Assembly: GCA_013178155.1 (NCBI GenBank)
Contig: JABLXH010000009.1
Coordinates: forward strand, 8,548 to 72,547
DNA from: Armatimonadota bacterium
GTDB taxonomy: Bacteria; Armatimonadota; Zipacnadia; Zipacnadales; UBA11051
Reading direction: 5' to 3'
DNA length: 64,000 nt
The position numbers and the translations under genes were made by a program. Positions 17,653 through 26,708 of this stretch are shown here, piece after piece; the stretch's first letter is position 1; every line of letters begins with the position of its first letter. The notes under the pieces are model-generated. The model was not told where the DNA came from. It did not search any database and saw only the letters and a program-made list of their open reading frames with translations.

Positions 17653-20600
17653 ATGCAGGCCAAACAACTGCTGGTGGCTTCCAGGGCAACGCTTCTCATG
17701 GTTGCTGCCCTTTGGGTGCTGGCATCGGTAGCCCCAGCTGGCATGACGTTTGATTACAGCTACCAGCCCAGGACCTTCCGTGCTTGTCGTTTGCTGGTTC
17801 ACGGACAGCCCGGGGACGCCGACCCGGTGTCATTCAACTACCGTGCGCCCGGCGTGGGCATGCCCCATTCGCTGATCTTTGAGGGACTGCGCCGGTTCCC
17901 GGACAAGCCTGCCGGCTGGGACATCGAGAACCCCCTCGCGCCAGCGGCGGTCGTGGCCGGACAGCCCAATGTCACCAAGAGCAACCCTCTTTACTGGGAG
18001 GTCCCGCTCAACGCCGAGACAGCACCCCAACTGGAGAACTTCGACGTTATCTACATCTTTGCCGGCGGAATCAACTTCCAGTGGAGCGTTTTCCGTGACA
18101 CCATGCTGCGCGCGGTGCACGAGGGTGCTGTGATCTGGATTGACCAGCCCACCAATGACGGCAGCGGCTTTACCGGTACGAACGTCCAGGCTTTCGCCCC
18201 CCCCGGAGAGGTGACGGCGCCGGCGGTGCCACCCTTCACCATGGCGGCAGCCACCCAGCAGACCGGAGCTTACCGGCGGGCCGAAGACTACGACATGCTC
18301 TTTACGTACCCGTTCCGGCTTCGAGACCTGGAGGATATCCAGTTTCTGGGCCTCTGGCCCACGGTCAGCAATGCCAACTTCCCGGCTGCGCCCGGGGCTC
18401 TCAACGAGTCCGCCGATCCGTCTTTTGTGACCTGCAATGACCCAGGGCTGTTCCGCGTTGTCAGTGTCTGGGACCCTGGGGCCCATGCCTGGCTGCCCAA
18501 TGTTGTGGTCTACCGGTACGGAGCTGGGGCGGTGCTCATCACCGCTGGCAATGTGGGGCATGACCTGGTGGACTGGTGGTTGCAGCGCGACCCGCCCCCG
18601 GCACGCCCCCGCGCCTGGGAAGCCCCGGACTGCAAGTTCGGCTGGAATGTCTTTGCTCTCACTTCGGCCTGGCCGGAGGTGCGCCAGTCGGTGTCCCAGC
18701 GCAGCTACAGCCATGCCTCCATCGGGCTGCCCCTGGACATCAAGTGGCAGTATCCAGACCGTTTCGAGCCCATCTCGGCTAACGTGCTGGGCTCGGTGGT
18801 GGGAGCTCCGGTGGTCTCCGGGGGCTTGGTGTTCGCACTGAGCCTGGCCACCGCGGGCCGCGACCCCATGCTTCTGTGCTTCGACAAAGAGCCCGCTCAG
18901 GACCTGGATCTGGACGGCATCGCCGACGATGGCGTACCCGACTATGCACGGGGACTTTCCCACGACCTGGTCGGTTGGACCTCGCTCGGCGCCGACTGGA
19001 CGCCGCGGGGTAGCTCGCCCACACTGACAACCTTGTCGGGGCTTCTCGGTGGTGGGGTAAAGCTGCAAGTGGCCCTGGTCAGCGTGACCCGACGCAACCC
19101 CGCCGGTCACAGTCAGGGCTATGTCCGATGCTACAACGCCACCTTCGACCCACGCGTTCTGGCTAATGTTCCAGCCAGCGACATCAATGGCAACCCTCTC
19201 GGTCCCGCGTTCAGGACTCCTGGAGCGCTCATCTGGGAGAAGATGATTGACAGCTACGATGGAGCCGCGGGTGGCGCTAACGGCCAAGTGATTGAGCTGT
19301 CTACCCCTGCTGTCTACGAGGACTACGTCTACGTCCTGTCCAGCGAGGTAGACGAGGACGCGGACGGCACTGGTGGCCTCAGTGAACAGGATGCCTACGG
19401 TCGCGCTCACTGCTTCCAGCTCAGCTACCGCTGGGACCTGAATGCCAATGGCCCACAGTGGAGCTATCCGGAGGTTACGGACAATCCTAACGGTGACAGC
19501 GACGTCGCAAGCGCGGGCGGAGCGCCCGATGACAATGCCATCGTGGAGCCCGCCAAGCTCTTCCCGCCGTTTCAGCCTCCTGCCTGGGTGGCTGGTGTTG
19601 TGGACGGCGCAAATGACTATGACCCCCGGCCGGAGATCCCGCCACTGCCGACGCAGAAGCCTGTGCTGGACCAGCCGGTGCAGCCGCGCAATGACCAGTA
19701 TGTGGACGCCTACTTGCATTTCACAGCGCCCACCTCCGTGGTCAACAACGCAGGGACACTTCAGACTGTCGCTGACCACCGCGGCAGCGACTACTGCGTC
19801 ATCCCGACGCCAAAGCCGATTACCGCGGCCCCATACACCGACACGATGAACCAGCACTGCTGGCTCATCCATCTGCCGCAGGGTGTTGCCGGGCAGACGG
19901 CCGTCACCAGCGTGGTGCGGGCTGACGACCCCAACATAGACTGCAGCGCGACGATCTATGAGGTCGGCGGGACTGTGTACGCGGAGTTGAGCTCTTCTGA
20001 GGTCCGCGAGATCTCCTTGGCCTCGCGCACCTCCCCCAACCCATGGGGCGACCCGCTGACCACGAGCCGGTGGGTGAACGTGGTTGTCAACTACACGGTC
20101 AGCGGCGCTCCAATGACGCCGATCACACGGACCATCAGTGGGCTGGTGCGGCAGCGGAACAACCACCCCGCCGAGTGGCAGCGGGTGGCTAGCCGGGCCG
20201 TTGAGAACGGATACGGGTACCAGACCTTTGACACCGCAGAGGACGACAACGGCGATCTGCCAGTGGCTGCAGACCGGGGGTACATCGAGTCCCGGCGCCA
20301 GGACAACGGCAACCTGGGTTGGCGCTTCCGGCCAGGGTATGCCTTGCCGGACCCGCTTAGCCCCTCGGGTGAGGAGCGGCAACTCCTTGGCAAAGCCGGG
20401 ATGGCTCTGGACCGCATGACCGAAACGGCCTATGCGGCCGTGACGATGGCCACCAACCCCGATCCCGGCTACAACCGCGCGGCAGCGCCGGAGATCTTGG
20501 GCCTGAATATCAAGCCGCGGCTACAGATCCAGTTGCTTGGTGGCGGACCAGACACGCGGCTGCGCGCTGACCCCACCCCGCCGTCGGTGCAGACGATTTT

Positions 20601-23022
20601 CAACGGTGGGCTGGTTCCTGTGCCCGCCTCGACGTTCACTTCGGACGATGACAGCCGCACCATCAGCTTCGACATCGGCCAGGCGGCATGGATCCCCGGT
20701 GTCGGGCCGCTGTGGGGTAAGCCTATCTGGGTGACGTATAGCTACTCGTCGCCGCCCAATCACACCAATACTACGACGGTCACGAACGAACTGCACGTGT
20801 TGCCTGACATCGTGCGGTTCCAGTACACGCCTGGCTACGTTCGACTGAACCACCCGGTCGTGCGGGCTGCCAACATCGTGGTTGAACTCCCCAACGGCAC
20901 ACCCCTGACCGGCATGTCGTTCGCCGAGCCGCCGGTACCTGCCGGCGTGGTTCCGGCTGGAGCCGACCCCACGTGGCCGGAGGGATTCCTGGCACAGGGG
21001 CTGTTGAACGTGGATGCCCTGCAGATGCCCGGTGGTGAGCCGTTGCGACCGGGCAGCGACATCCAGGTAAGCTACGAGTACTGGGATCCCGTCCTTGACG
21101 CGCCCGCCATCGTCACTAAGGAGCGGCATCAGGTGCCACTCTATTTCGGAGAGTCCGTGTCATCGCCGGTAGTGGCCGGCGCTACTTTGCACGTCGGCAC
21201 CGAGGGCTTCCACCCCACGCGCGTCAGGAACCCGGCGGAAGGACCCGTGGGGCTGGAGAACAGCGACTACCACAACCCCGGACATCCCACGGGGCCGATC
21301 CTGGCCCCCAACGGAGGGCGCCGCAGCCTGCTTTCGGTGCTGTGGGACCCCATCAGCCGGGTCACCCGCGGAGCATTGTCGCAGACGGCATATCCCGAGG
21401 CGGTGACTTACGGTCTGGCCAGTGGAACTGACCAGGGCGTGCCGGTGGCCACGGCGAGCCCTGCTTTGGATGGCAACACGCTCTTCGTCGGGTCCCGCAT
21501 GATGACGCAGCTAAGTCGGGTCGCTTCCTACCAGGGCCAAGGGCTGGGGTTCGTCAGTGCGCTGGAGACGCAGCGGACCCTGATCTCCGATGCTTCGCGC
21601 CTGATCGAGGTGACGGGGCAGACACCGTCCTGGATCTGCGTCGGTTCGCTGGCCCCGGACTACCACGCGTCCTACCAGCTCGCGACCCAGGGCGCCGAGG
21701 AGCTGAAGCCAACGCCCTTCAGTCGGCCAGCCAAAGCGATCTACCTCAAGAACGGACACATCCTGGTGGCCGATACCGGCAACAACCGGGTGATTGAGAT
21801 AGACCGCCAGGGGCGACAGGTCTGGCCTCTTGACCAGTATGGCTATGACTACTATACCAGCCCGTACAACACCAAGCTGAGTCTGGACCGCCCGGCGGAC
21901 GTGTATCGCTACTACGTCACCAACAACGGCGGCGTCACAATGAACTCGCCGAACGGTGACCTTCTGCCTGGCAGCATTAGCCACACCATAGTGGCTGACC
22001 CCGGCAACTACCGTGTGGTGGACATCATCACGACGGTTGACACTCTGGGGCGACAGTCTCACACCGTCTTGACCCTCACGCCCGACTTCACCCGTGTGGG
22101 AACACGCGACGGACTCGTCCGTATCGCTTACACCAAAGCGCAGCCTATCTTCCGTCCGCATGACGGACTGCTGGCCGGCTATCTGTGTGCCGCCAGCAAC
22201 CTGCATCAGTTGGTGATAGTAGAGGCGGGCTCAAAGCGTGTGAACCCTCCAGGGACCAACTCTCCCGCAGTGGGGACCTTCGACTGGAACTGGTGGGCCT
22301 GGCTCTACGACAGCGACCTTACGGACGGGTCAGTCGCGCCGGACGACCCACTGATCTTCCGCAACATCCGTCATGTGGAGTTCACGCGCGAGGGAGACGT
22401 GCTCTACCTGACCGTGACATGCGGACAGTACGCCGGACGGGCGAAGATGGTGGCAGCGGGAACGCCGCATGTGCTGGCTCAGCAGGGCGCCGGGGTTTTC
22501 GAGTTCGCCATCAATGTCGGCGGGGAACCGGGCACCTGGGCACTGGAACCGGCGGTGGACAGCGCGAGCGGTACGTTGCTGCCCGATGACCCGATCTGGC
22601 ACTTCACGACACTCAACTACACCTTCAGTGACCCTGCGGCCAACGTGCGGCGCTATCTGACGAACCTGCGTTACACCGATGTGGATGGGGTAGAGCGGTG
22701 GTTGCCGATGGGTTGGGACCCGGTCGCCGCCAAACGCTTGCCTGGTGACCTGCGACCCACTGCCGCCGGTGAGCGGATCCAGCGCCACCTGATCACTAAC
22801 TATGCCGAACTGATCCAAAACCTCAACCGGGCCAACGCCAACAGTTCGGTGGCCCCGGCTTCGCTGTTCAGCAGCGTCTTTGCGGTGAACACCGACGACC
22901 GGAACAACGATGACCCGAACGACGACTTGCACGACATTGACCGGCGGGAGGTCATCCCCGACCCCAATGAGTTGGACTGGCCGGACCCGTTCAACCAACC
23001 GACGTACGCTGAGCGTCACTGA
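17653..23022 (+). CDS. Very large secreted protein in the PilY1 position (~1789 aa), with predicted beta-propeller segments
   Basis: Sec-type signal peptide; RBS GGAGGTAGGAG; PQQ-like blades (VVGAPVVSGGLVF, STPAVYEDYVY, SSPVVAGATLHVG, ASPALDGNTLFVG); NHL-like ILVADTGNNRVIEID; DLDLDG Ca-type motif; located after the PilX-like gene. Confidence 0.7.
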   Translation: MQAKQLLVASRATLLMVAALWVLASVAPAGMTFDYSYQPRTFRACRLLVHGQPGDADPVSFNYRAPGVGMPHSLIFEGLRRFPDKPAGWDIENPLAPAAVVAGQPNVTKSNPLYWEVPLNAETAPQLENFDVIYIFAGGINFQWSVFRDTMLRAVHEGAVIWIDQPTNDGSGFTGTNVQAFAPPGEVTAPAVPPFTMAAATQQTGAYRRAEDYDMLFTYPFRLRDLEDIQFLGLWPTVSNANFPAAPGALNESADPSFVTCNDPGLFRVVSVWDPGAHAWLPNVVVYRYGAGAVLITAGNVGHDLVDWWLQRDPPPARPRAWEAPDCKFGWNVFALTSAWPEVRQSVSQRSYSHASIGLPLDIKWQYPDRFEPISANVLGSVVGAPVVSGGLVFALSLATAGRDPMLLCFDKEPAQDLDLDGIADDGVPDYARGLSHDLVGWTSLGADWTPRGSSPTLTTLSGLLGGGVKLQVALVSVTRRNPAGHSQGYVRCYNATFDPRVLANVPASDINGNPLGPAFRTPGALIWEKMIDSYDGAAGGANGQVIELSTPAVYEDYVYVLSSEVDEDADGTGGLSEQDAYGRAHCFQLSYRWDLNANGPQWSYPEVTDNPNGDSDVASAGGAPDDNAIVEPAKLFPPFQPPAWVAGVVDGANDYDPRPEIPPLPTQKPVLDQPVQPRNDQYVDAYLHFTAPTSVVNNAGTLQTVADHRGSDYCVIPTPKPITAAPYTDTMNQHCWLIHLPQGVAGQTAVTSVVRADDPNIDCSATIYEVGGTVYAELSSSEVREISLASRTSPNPWGDPLTTSRWVNVVVNYTVSGAPMTPITRTISGLVRQRNNHPAEWQRVASRAVENGYGYQTFDTAEDDNGDLPVAADRGYIESRRQDNGNLGWRFRPGYALPDPLSPSGEERQLLGKAGMALDRMTETAYAAVTMATNPDPGYNRAAAPEILGLNIKPRLQIQLLGGGPDTRLRADPTPPSVQTIFNGGLVPVPASTFTSDDDSRTISFDIGQAAWIPGVGPLWGKPIWVTYSYSSPPNHTNTTTVTNELHVLPDIVRFQYTPGYVRLNHPVVRAANIVVELPNGTPLTGMSFAEPPVPAGVVPAGADPTWPEGFLAQGLLNVDALQMPGGEPLRPGSDIQVSYEYWDPVLDAPAIVTKERHQVPLYFGESVSSPVVAGATLHVGTEGFHPTRVRNPAEGPVGLENSDYHNPGHPTGPILAPNGGRRSLLSVLWDPISRVTRGALSQTAYPEAVTYGLASGTDQGVPVATASPALDGNTLFVGSRMMTQLSRVASYQGQGLGFVSALETQRTLISDASRLIEVTGQTPSWICVGSLAPDYHASYQLATQGAEELKPTPFSRPAKAIYLKNGHILVADTGNNRVIEIDRQGRQVWPLDQYGYDYYTSPYNTKLSLDRPADVYRYYVTNNGGVTMNSPNGDLLPGSISHTIVADPGNYRVVDIITTVDTLGRQSHTVLTLTPDFTRVGTRDGLVRIAYTKAQPIFRPHDGLLAGYLCAASNLHQLVIVEAGSKRVNPPGTNSPAVGTFDWNWWAWLYDSDLTDGSVAPDDPLIFRNIRHVEFTREGDVLYLTVTCGQYAGRAKMVAAGTPHVLAQQGAGVFEFAINVGGEPGTWALEPAVDSASGTLLPDDPIWHFTTLNYTFSDPAANVRRYLTNLRYTDVDGVERWLPMGWDPVAAKRLPGDLRPTAAGERIQRHLITNYAELIQNLNRANANSSVAPASLFSSVFAVNTDDRNNDDPNDDLHDIDRREVIPDPNELDWPDPFNQPTYAERH

Positions 23023-23098
23023 AGCCGCGATACGTGGCGAGGCTCCGACCATGGCCTGGTGCGTCGGGCGTCGTGACCCGTTAAGGGGTGTTATCTCG

Positions 23099-23447
23099 AT
23101 GGTGCGAAACTCTCGATGGGTGCTTGTTGCGACCGCGCTGCTGGTGTGGGGGAATCTGGACGTGGTCTACGCCCAGACCCCTCCTGAGTGGGAGGTCCGC
23201 ACCTTCCTGGACAACACCACGGACCCCACTTATCAGTTCCGCCAGAGCGCCATCAAGCAACGGTATGTCTGCCCGTACTGCTCCTACTCCAGCCCATTCC
23301 CGGGGGATTGCCCGGACCCGTGGAACGCCGCCGGCCATCCGGGGACCGTGGCTCTGATGGACATGGCGACCAGGCGCACGCAGCGGGTGTTGTCGCTGGC
23401 AACGCCGGATATGCCTGCCAACCGGCGCGATCTGGAGTTGCCGGATG
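23099..23447 (+). pseudogene. N-terminal part of a secreted Cys-motif protein of the pilus operon, apparently truncated near 23445
   Basis: Signal peptide MVRNSRWVLVATALLVWGNLDVVYAQ and YVCPYC. After ~23445 the frame turns to A/T-ending, low-complexity codons and runs into the opposite-strand gene. Confidence 0.55.
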
Positions 23448-23546
23448 GCCGAGAACCTCAAGGCGCTGGAGCCACCGTACCTGGACGAGAGCCGCCTCGC
23501 CCGCCTGCGGGAGCTGTTTGGCCGCATCCAGTGGCAGGTGTTTTGA
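23445..23546 (+). pseudogene. 33-codon fragment resembling an aldo/keto reductase C-terminal tail (MAENLKALEPPYLDESRLARLRELFGRIQWQVF*)
   Basis: Strongly GC3-biased codons in a frame different from the 23099 ORF; compare QMQDNAAAL in the tail of the AKR at 26709-27680. Confidence 0.45.
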
Positions 23547-23615
23547 GGGCGAGTCCGAGCCCGCCCTGCCCCACGACGCACGCCATCGGGGGAGTGCTCC
23601 CCCCGGTGGGCGCTC

Positions 23616-25607
23616 CTACGGCAGCATGCGAACGCCCGTGCCCGTGACAAAGCCGACGGCGATCCAGACGCAGGCGATGGTCGCCTCCCCCGCCGCCAGG
23701 CCCAGAAACAGGTTCCGGGCTGCCTGGTAGCCGCGGGCCCCGCCGTACCGCAGAACCAGCGTCTTGCACAGCCAGGCCAGGAACAGCGAGAACCACATCT
23801 CCTGCATGGTGCTGCCCATGACCAGGCCGGCCGGGTGCAGCATCCACCAGCTATAGCGGCTGCGCAGGGCCATGAAGCCCAGGAACTTGGCGGCGCCCAC
23901 CGTCATGAACAGGTAGCTGGCCGGATCCGGTCCGCTGGGCTGGCGGATGGAGGCCGCCGCGACCTCAAAGGGCGTCCGCGGCCAGGCGATGTAGCTCATG
24001 TTCTGCAGCGAGTTAGCCCCCTTGGCGTAGACCAGCCCCAGTTGCGCGACCCACGCCACTACCAGGCCGAGGCTCACCGCGAGCGCCATGCTTCGCGTCA
24101 TTGTCCTCAGCGGGACACCCGTCTCCCCCGCCAGCTTGTAGTTGTTAAGGTAGTGCGGCATCTGCAGTTCATTGTAGTAAAACGTGAAGGCGCGAGAAGG
24201 GATGGCCAGCATGGCCAGGTCGCGCGGACGCAAGGCCCGCGTCCCGACCATGGAGTACAGGTAGTCCTCGGGCCGGAAGGCCACCGGGAGCTGCAGTACC
24301 CCCGTGTTAGAGGTCAGCCAACTGACCGCTGTGCAGACGACGAAGTAGGCCAGCAGGAAGGCTCCGGCGGCGGGGAGCGAGAGCCCGGCAAGCCCGGCGA
24401 GAGCCAGCAGAAGCCCGAAGGCCGCCAGGCCGCCGCAGACTGCAACGCGCGGCGGCAAGGCCTCGCCGCCATCGCGGGCTCCTGTCAGCGCCCACGACCA
24501 GAATGAGCGCAGGTGCCCCCTCGCCACGTATACTGAGACCGCGATGAGCGCCAGGTACGCCCCCATGTCCTGATAGGCGGCGAACTGCTTGGAGCCATAG
24601 CCGGAGGCGACCGTCTTGAGCTGGAGGCCAAAGGCCGAGAGGGTGATGGCCTCCAGCTTGCTCAGCACGAAGCAGAACCACGCTGACAGCGACACCTCGG
24701 TAGTCAGCAAGAAGCCAAAGCCCACCGATGAGGGCAGGAAGGCAAAGAGGACGCTGCCGGCGGCGTCCCAGGGATGGCCCCTGAAGACCAGCGGCCGGTT
24801 GTAGAAGTCCGGGTAGACGATGGACAGTCGCGGCACGGCGGGAAGGTGCGTGGACAGGCCCTGCAGGCCGTACAGTACCACCGGGACTAGGAACCCCAAC
24901 CACATCAGGCGGTTGCTCAGGAACCGGTTCACGGCGTGACCGGCCGGCGGGCTCTCGATGAGAGCCATGGGGAGCTGCACATGGATGAACGTCATGCGCT
25001 CGTTCTCGACCCACTGGGCCCGAAAGATGGCGGCGAGGCAGAGCATGACAATCCATAGCAGGATCGCCACGACGGACCAGGCCAGGATGGGCAGCAGCCA
25101 GTCGCCCCAGGGGACGCCGTAACCCGGCGGCGAACCATCATAGAACCAGGCGATGGCGCGGGGTGAGGTAGGGACGAGCCACGCGGGGATGAGCGGGTGC
25201 AGGACCTCTTCCCAGTCGTTCTCCGGTGAGGCGAAGTAGCGCAGGGCCGGCAGTGTCGGCACCAAGAAGCGCATCAGCCCGGCGGAGGCCAGGCCGGACG
25301 AAACGGCCATCATCCCCCAGGTCAGGGCCAACTCGCTGCGGGCAAGCTCCCTGCCAGGGCGTAACCGACGCAGCCAGGGGTTGACGACCAGACAGATCAT
25401 CAGCAGCACGAAGCTGGCCGCCACCGGGACGTGGTGGTTGGCCATGTAGCTGCCGCGGATGAAGTAGTCGTTGTAGGGGGTCAGCGCCAGGAGGGCCACC
25501 AGCAGCACGCAGCCCAGGAGCGTGGCTCGCAGGAACCGAGGCCGCGCCACCGGGCATGTGCCAGTAGCGCCGCGGGGCATGGCGCCGATCTCCGCCGACT
25601 GCAACAT
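23616..25607 (-). CDS. Polytopic membrane protein, DUF6785/DUF6784-like (putative permease)
   Basis: Many TM helices; family-like segments VPWGDWLLP, QWVENERMTF..VQLP, WWMLHPAG and LFLGLAAGE. Confidence 0.7.
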   Translation of the reverse strand: MLQSAEIGAMPRGATGTCPVARPRFLRATLLGCVLLVALLALTPYNDYFIRGSYMANHHVPVAASFVLLMICLVVNPWLRRLRPGRELARSELALTWGMMAVSSGLASAGLMRFLVPTLPALRYFASPENDWEEVLHPLIPAWLVPTSPRAIAWFYDGSPPGYGVPWGDWLLPILAWSVVAILLWIVMLCLAAIFRAQWVENERMTFIHVQLPMALIESPPAGHAVNRFLSNRLMWLGFLVPVVLYGLQGLSTHLPAVPRLSIVYPDFYNRPLVFRGHPWDAAGSVLFAFLPSSVGFGFLLTTEVSLSAWFCFVLSKLEAITLSAFGLQLKTVASGYGSKQFAAYQDMGAYLALIAVSVYVARGHLRSFWSWALTGARDGGEALPPRVAVCGGLAAFGLLLALAGLAGLSLPAAGAFLLAYFVVCTAVSWLTSNTGVLQLPVAFRPEDYLYSMVGTRALRPRDLAMLAIPSRAFTFYYNELQMPHYLNNYKLAGETGVPLRTMTRSMALAVSLGLVVAWVAQLGLVYAKGANSLQNMSYIAWPRTPFEVAAASIRQPSGPDPASYLFMTVGAAKFLGFMALRSRYSWWMLHPAGLVMGSTMQEMWFSLFLAWLCKTLVLRYGGARGYQAARNLFLGLAAGEATIACVWIAVGFVTGTGVRMLP

Positions 25608-25692
25608 GGCATCTCTTGCCCAGCGATTGCGATAGGTGCCCCGGGCCGATCAGGATCCTGGCAGCCTCTTCGCGTGGTGGTGCAGGCCGGTT

Positions 25693-26652
25693 CTACTCCC
25701 AGGGCTTGTAGCAGACCTTCAGCGCCTTGCGCTGGTCCAGCAGGTCAATACCCTCGCCATACCGTTCCAGGGGCAGGGTGACCGTCACCAGAGGAGCCAT
25801 GTTCAGCTTCCCCGCCACGATCAGGTCCCGCGCATACTCGGCGGACTCATAGAAGTGGCCCTTGTAGCCCAGCACGGTCAGGCCCGCGTGGCGCAGGGCG
25901 TAGGTATAGTCCTCACGCTGGACCCCAAACAGCGCGACGGCGTCGGCGGTGTGGTCCATAAGCCACTGCACAGAGGCCCGGGCGCCGTGGCAGTCAATCC
26001 CTGCGTGCAGACGGCCGCGCAGCGGGAACTCCTCGGCAGAGACGGCCGTGGGGTCGTAGGCGGCGTCGGCGCCAAGGGTCAGGGCGAAGTCGCGCCGCTC
26101 AGGGAGCAGGTCAAAGCCGATGACCTCGGCCGCCCCCTCGGCCTTGGCCATCTGGACGGCGATGAGGCCAGCGGGCCCGAGGCCGGTCACACCAAAGACC
26201 TTGCCCTCGATGGCTCCGACCTGCCGCAAGCCCTTGAAGGGCGCCCCCAGGCACATGGCCAGCTCGATGGAGGCCCACGCCTCCGCCGGCAGGCCCTCCG
26301 GAATCTTGATGGCGTTCCCTGCCTTGAGGATAACGAACTGGGCGTAACAGCCCCATACGTCGTGGCCCTGGTCGCGCCAGACGCAGATACGGTCGCCGGG
26401 GGCCAGGTCCGTAACCCCCTCGCCCACGGCTTCGACGTGGCCCGTCGCTTCATGCCCCGGCTGACCGGGCGTGTAGGGATAGGTGAACTGGTGTCCCACA
26501 AACATAGGCTCGTTGTGCCGAAGATGCAGGTCCCACTGGACGCAAGTGTTGACCGCTTCGACCCGCATCAGCACCTCACCCGGCCCCGGCGTTGGCGTGG
26601 GGACCTCGCGCACCTCGAACTCATCGGGCGCCATGACTTGCAGAATCTTCAT
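25693..26652 (-). CDS. Zinc-binding (MDR) alcohol/sugar dehydrogenase
   Basis: NTCVQWDLH, PGHEATG and Rossmann GVTGLGPAG; real start MKILQVMAPD at 26652. Confidence 0.85.
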   Translation of the reverse strand: MKILQVMAPDEFEVREVPTPTPGPGEVLMRVEAVNTCVQWDLHLRHNEPMFVGHQFTYPYTPGQPGHEATGHVEAVGEGVTDLAPGDRICVWRDQGHDVWGCYAQFVILKAGNAIKIPEGLPAEAWASIELAMCLGAPFKGLRQVGAIEGKVFGVTGLGPAGLIAVQMAKAEGAAEVIGFDLLPERRDFALTLGADAAYDPTAVSAEEFPLRGRLHAGIDCHGARASVQWLMDHTADAVALFGVQREDYTYALRHAGLTVLGYKGHFYESAEYARDLIVAGKLNMAPLVTVTLPLERYGEGIDLLDQRKALKVCYKPWE

Positions 26653-26708
26653 CGGGCTGAGCTCTCCCAATCTGGTGGTGTGACCGGTCGCTGGCTGTGG
26701 TTCTGCTG

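Noticed and set aside
17830-20382. 850-aa antisense ORF, and similar long shadow ORFs at 3624-4796, 5236-6549, 25636-26718, 26697-27713, 35476-36486, 38549-39718, 41637-43811 and 56671-57681
   Set aside because: Each lies opposite a gene with clear motifs. Long stop-free antisense frames are expected with GC3-biased codons, and the translations show no recognisable motifs.
22910-23647. 245-aa ORF as called in the ORF track
   Set aside because: The 5' part overlaps the end of the PilY1-like gene, and the real start with a signal peptide is at 23099. The part after ~23445 has off-frame codon character and overlaps the convergent gene.
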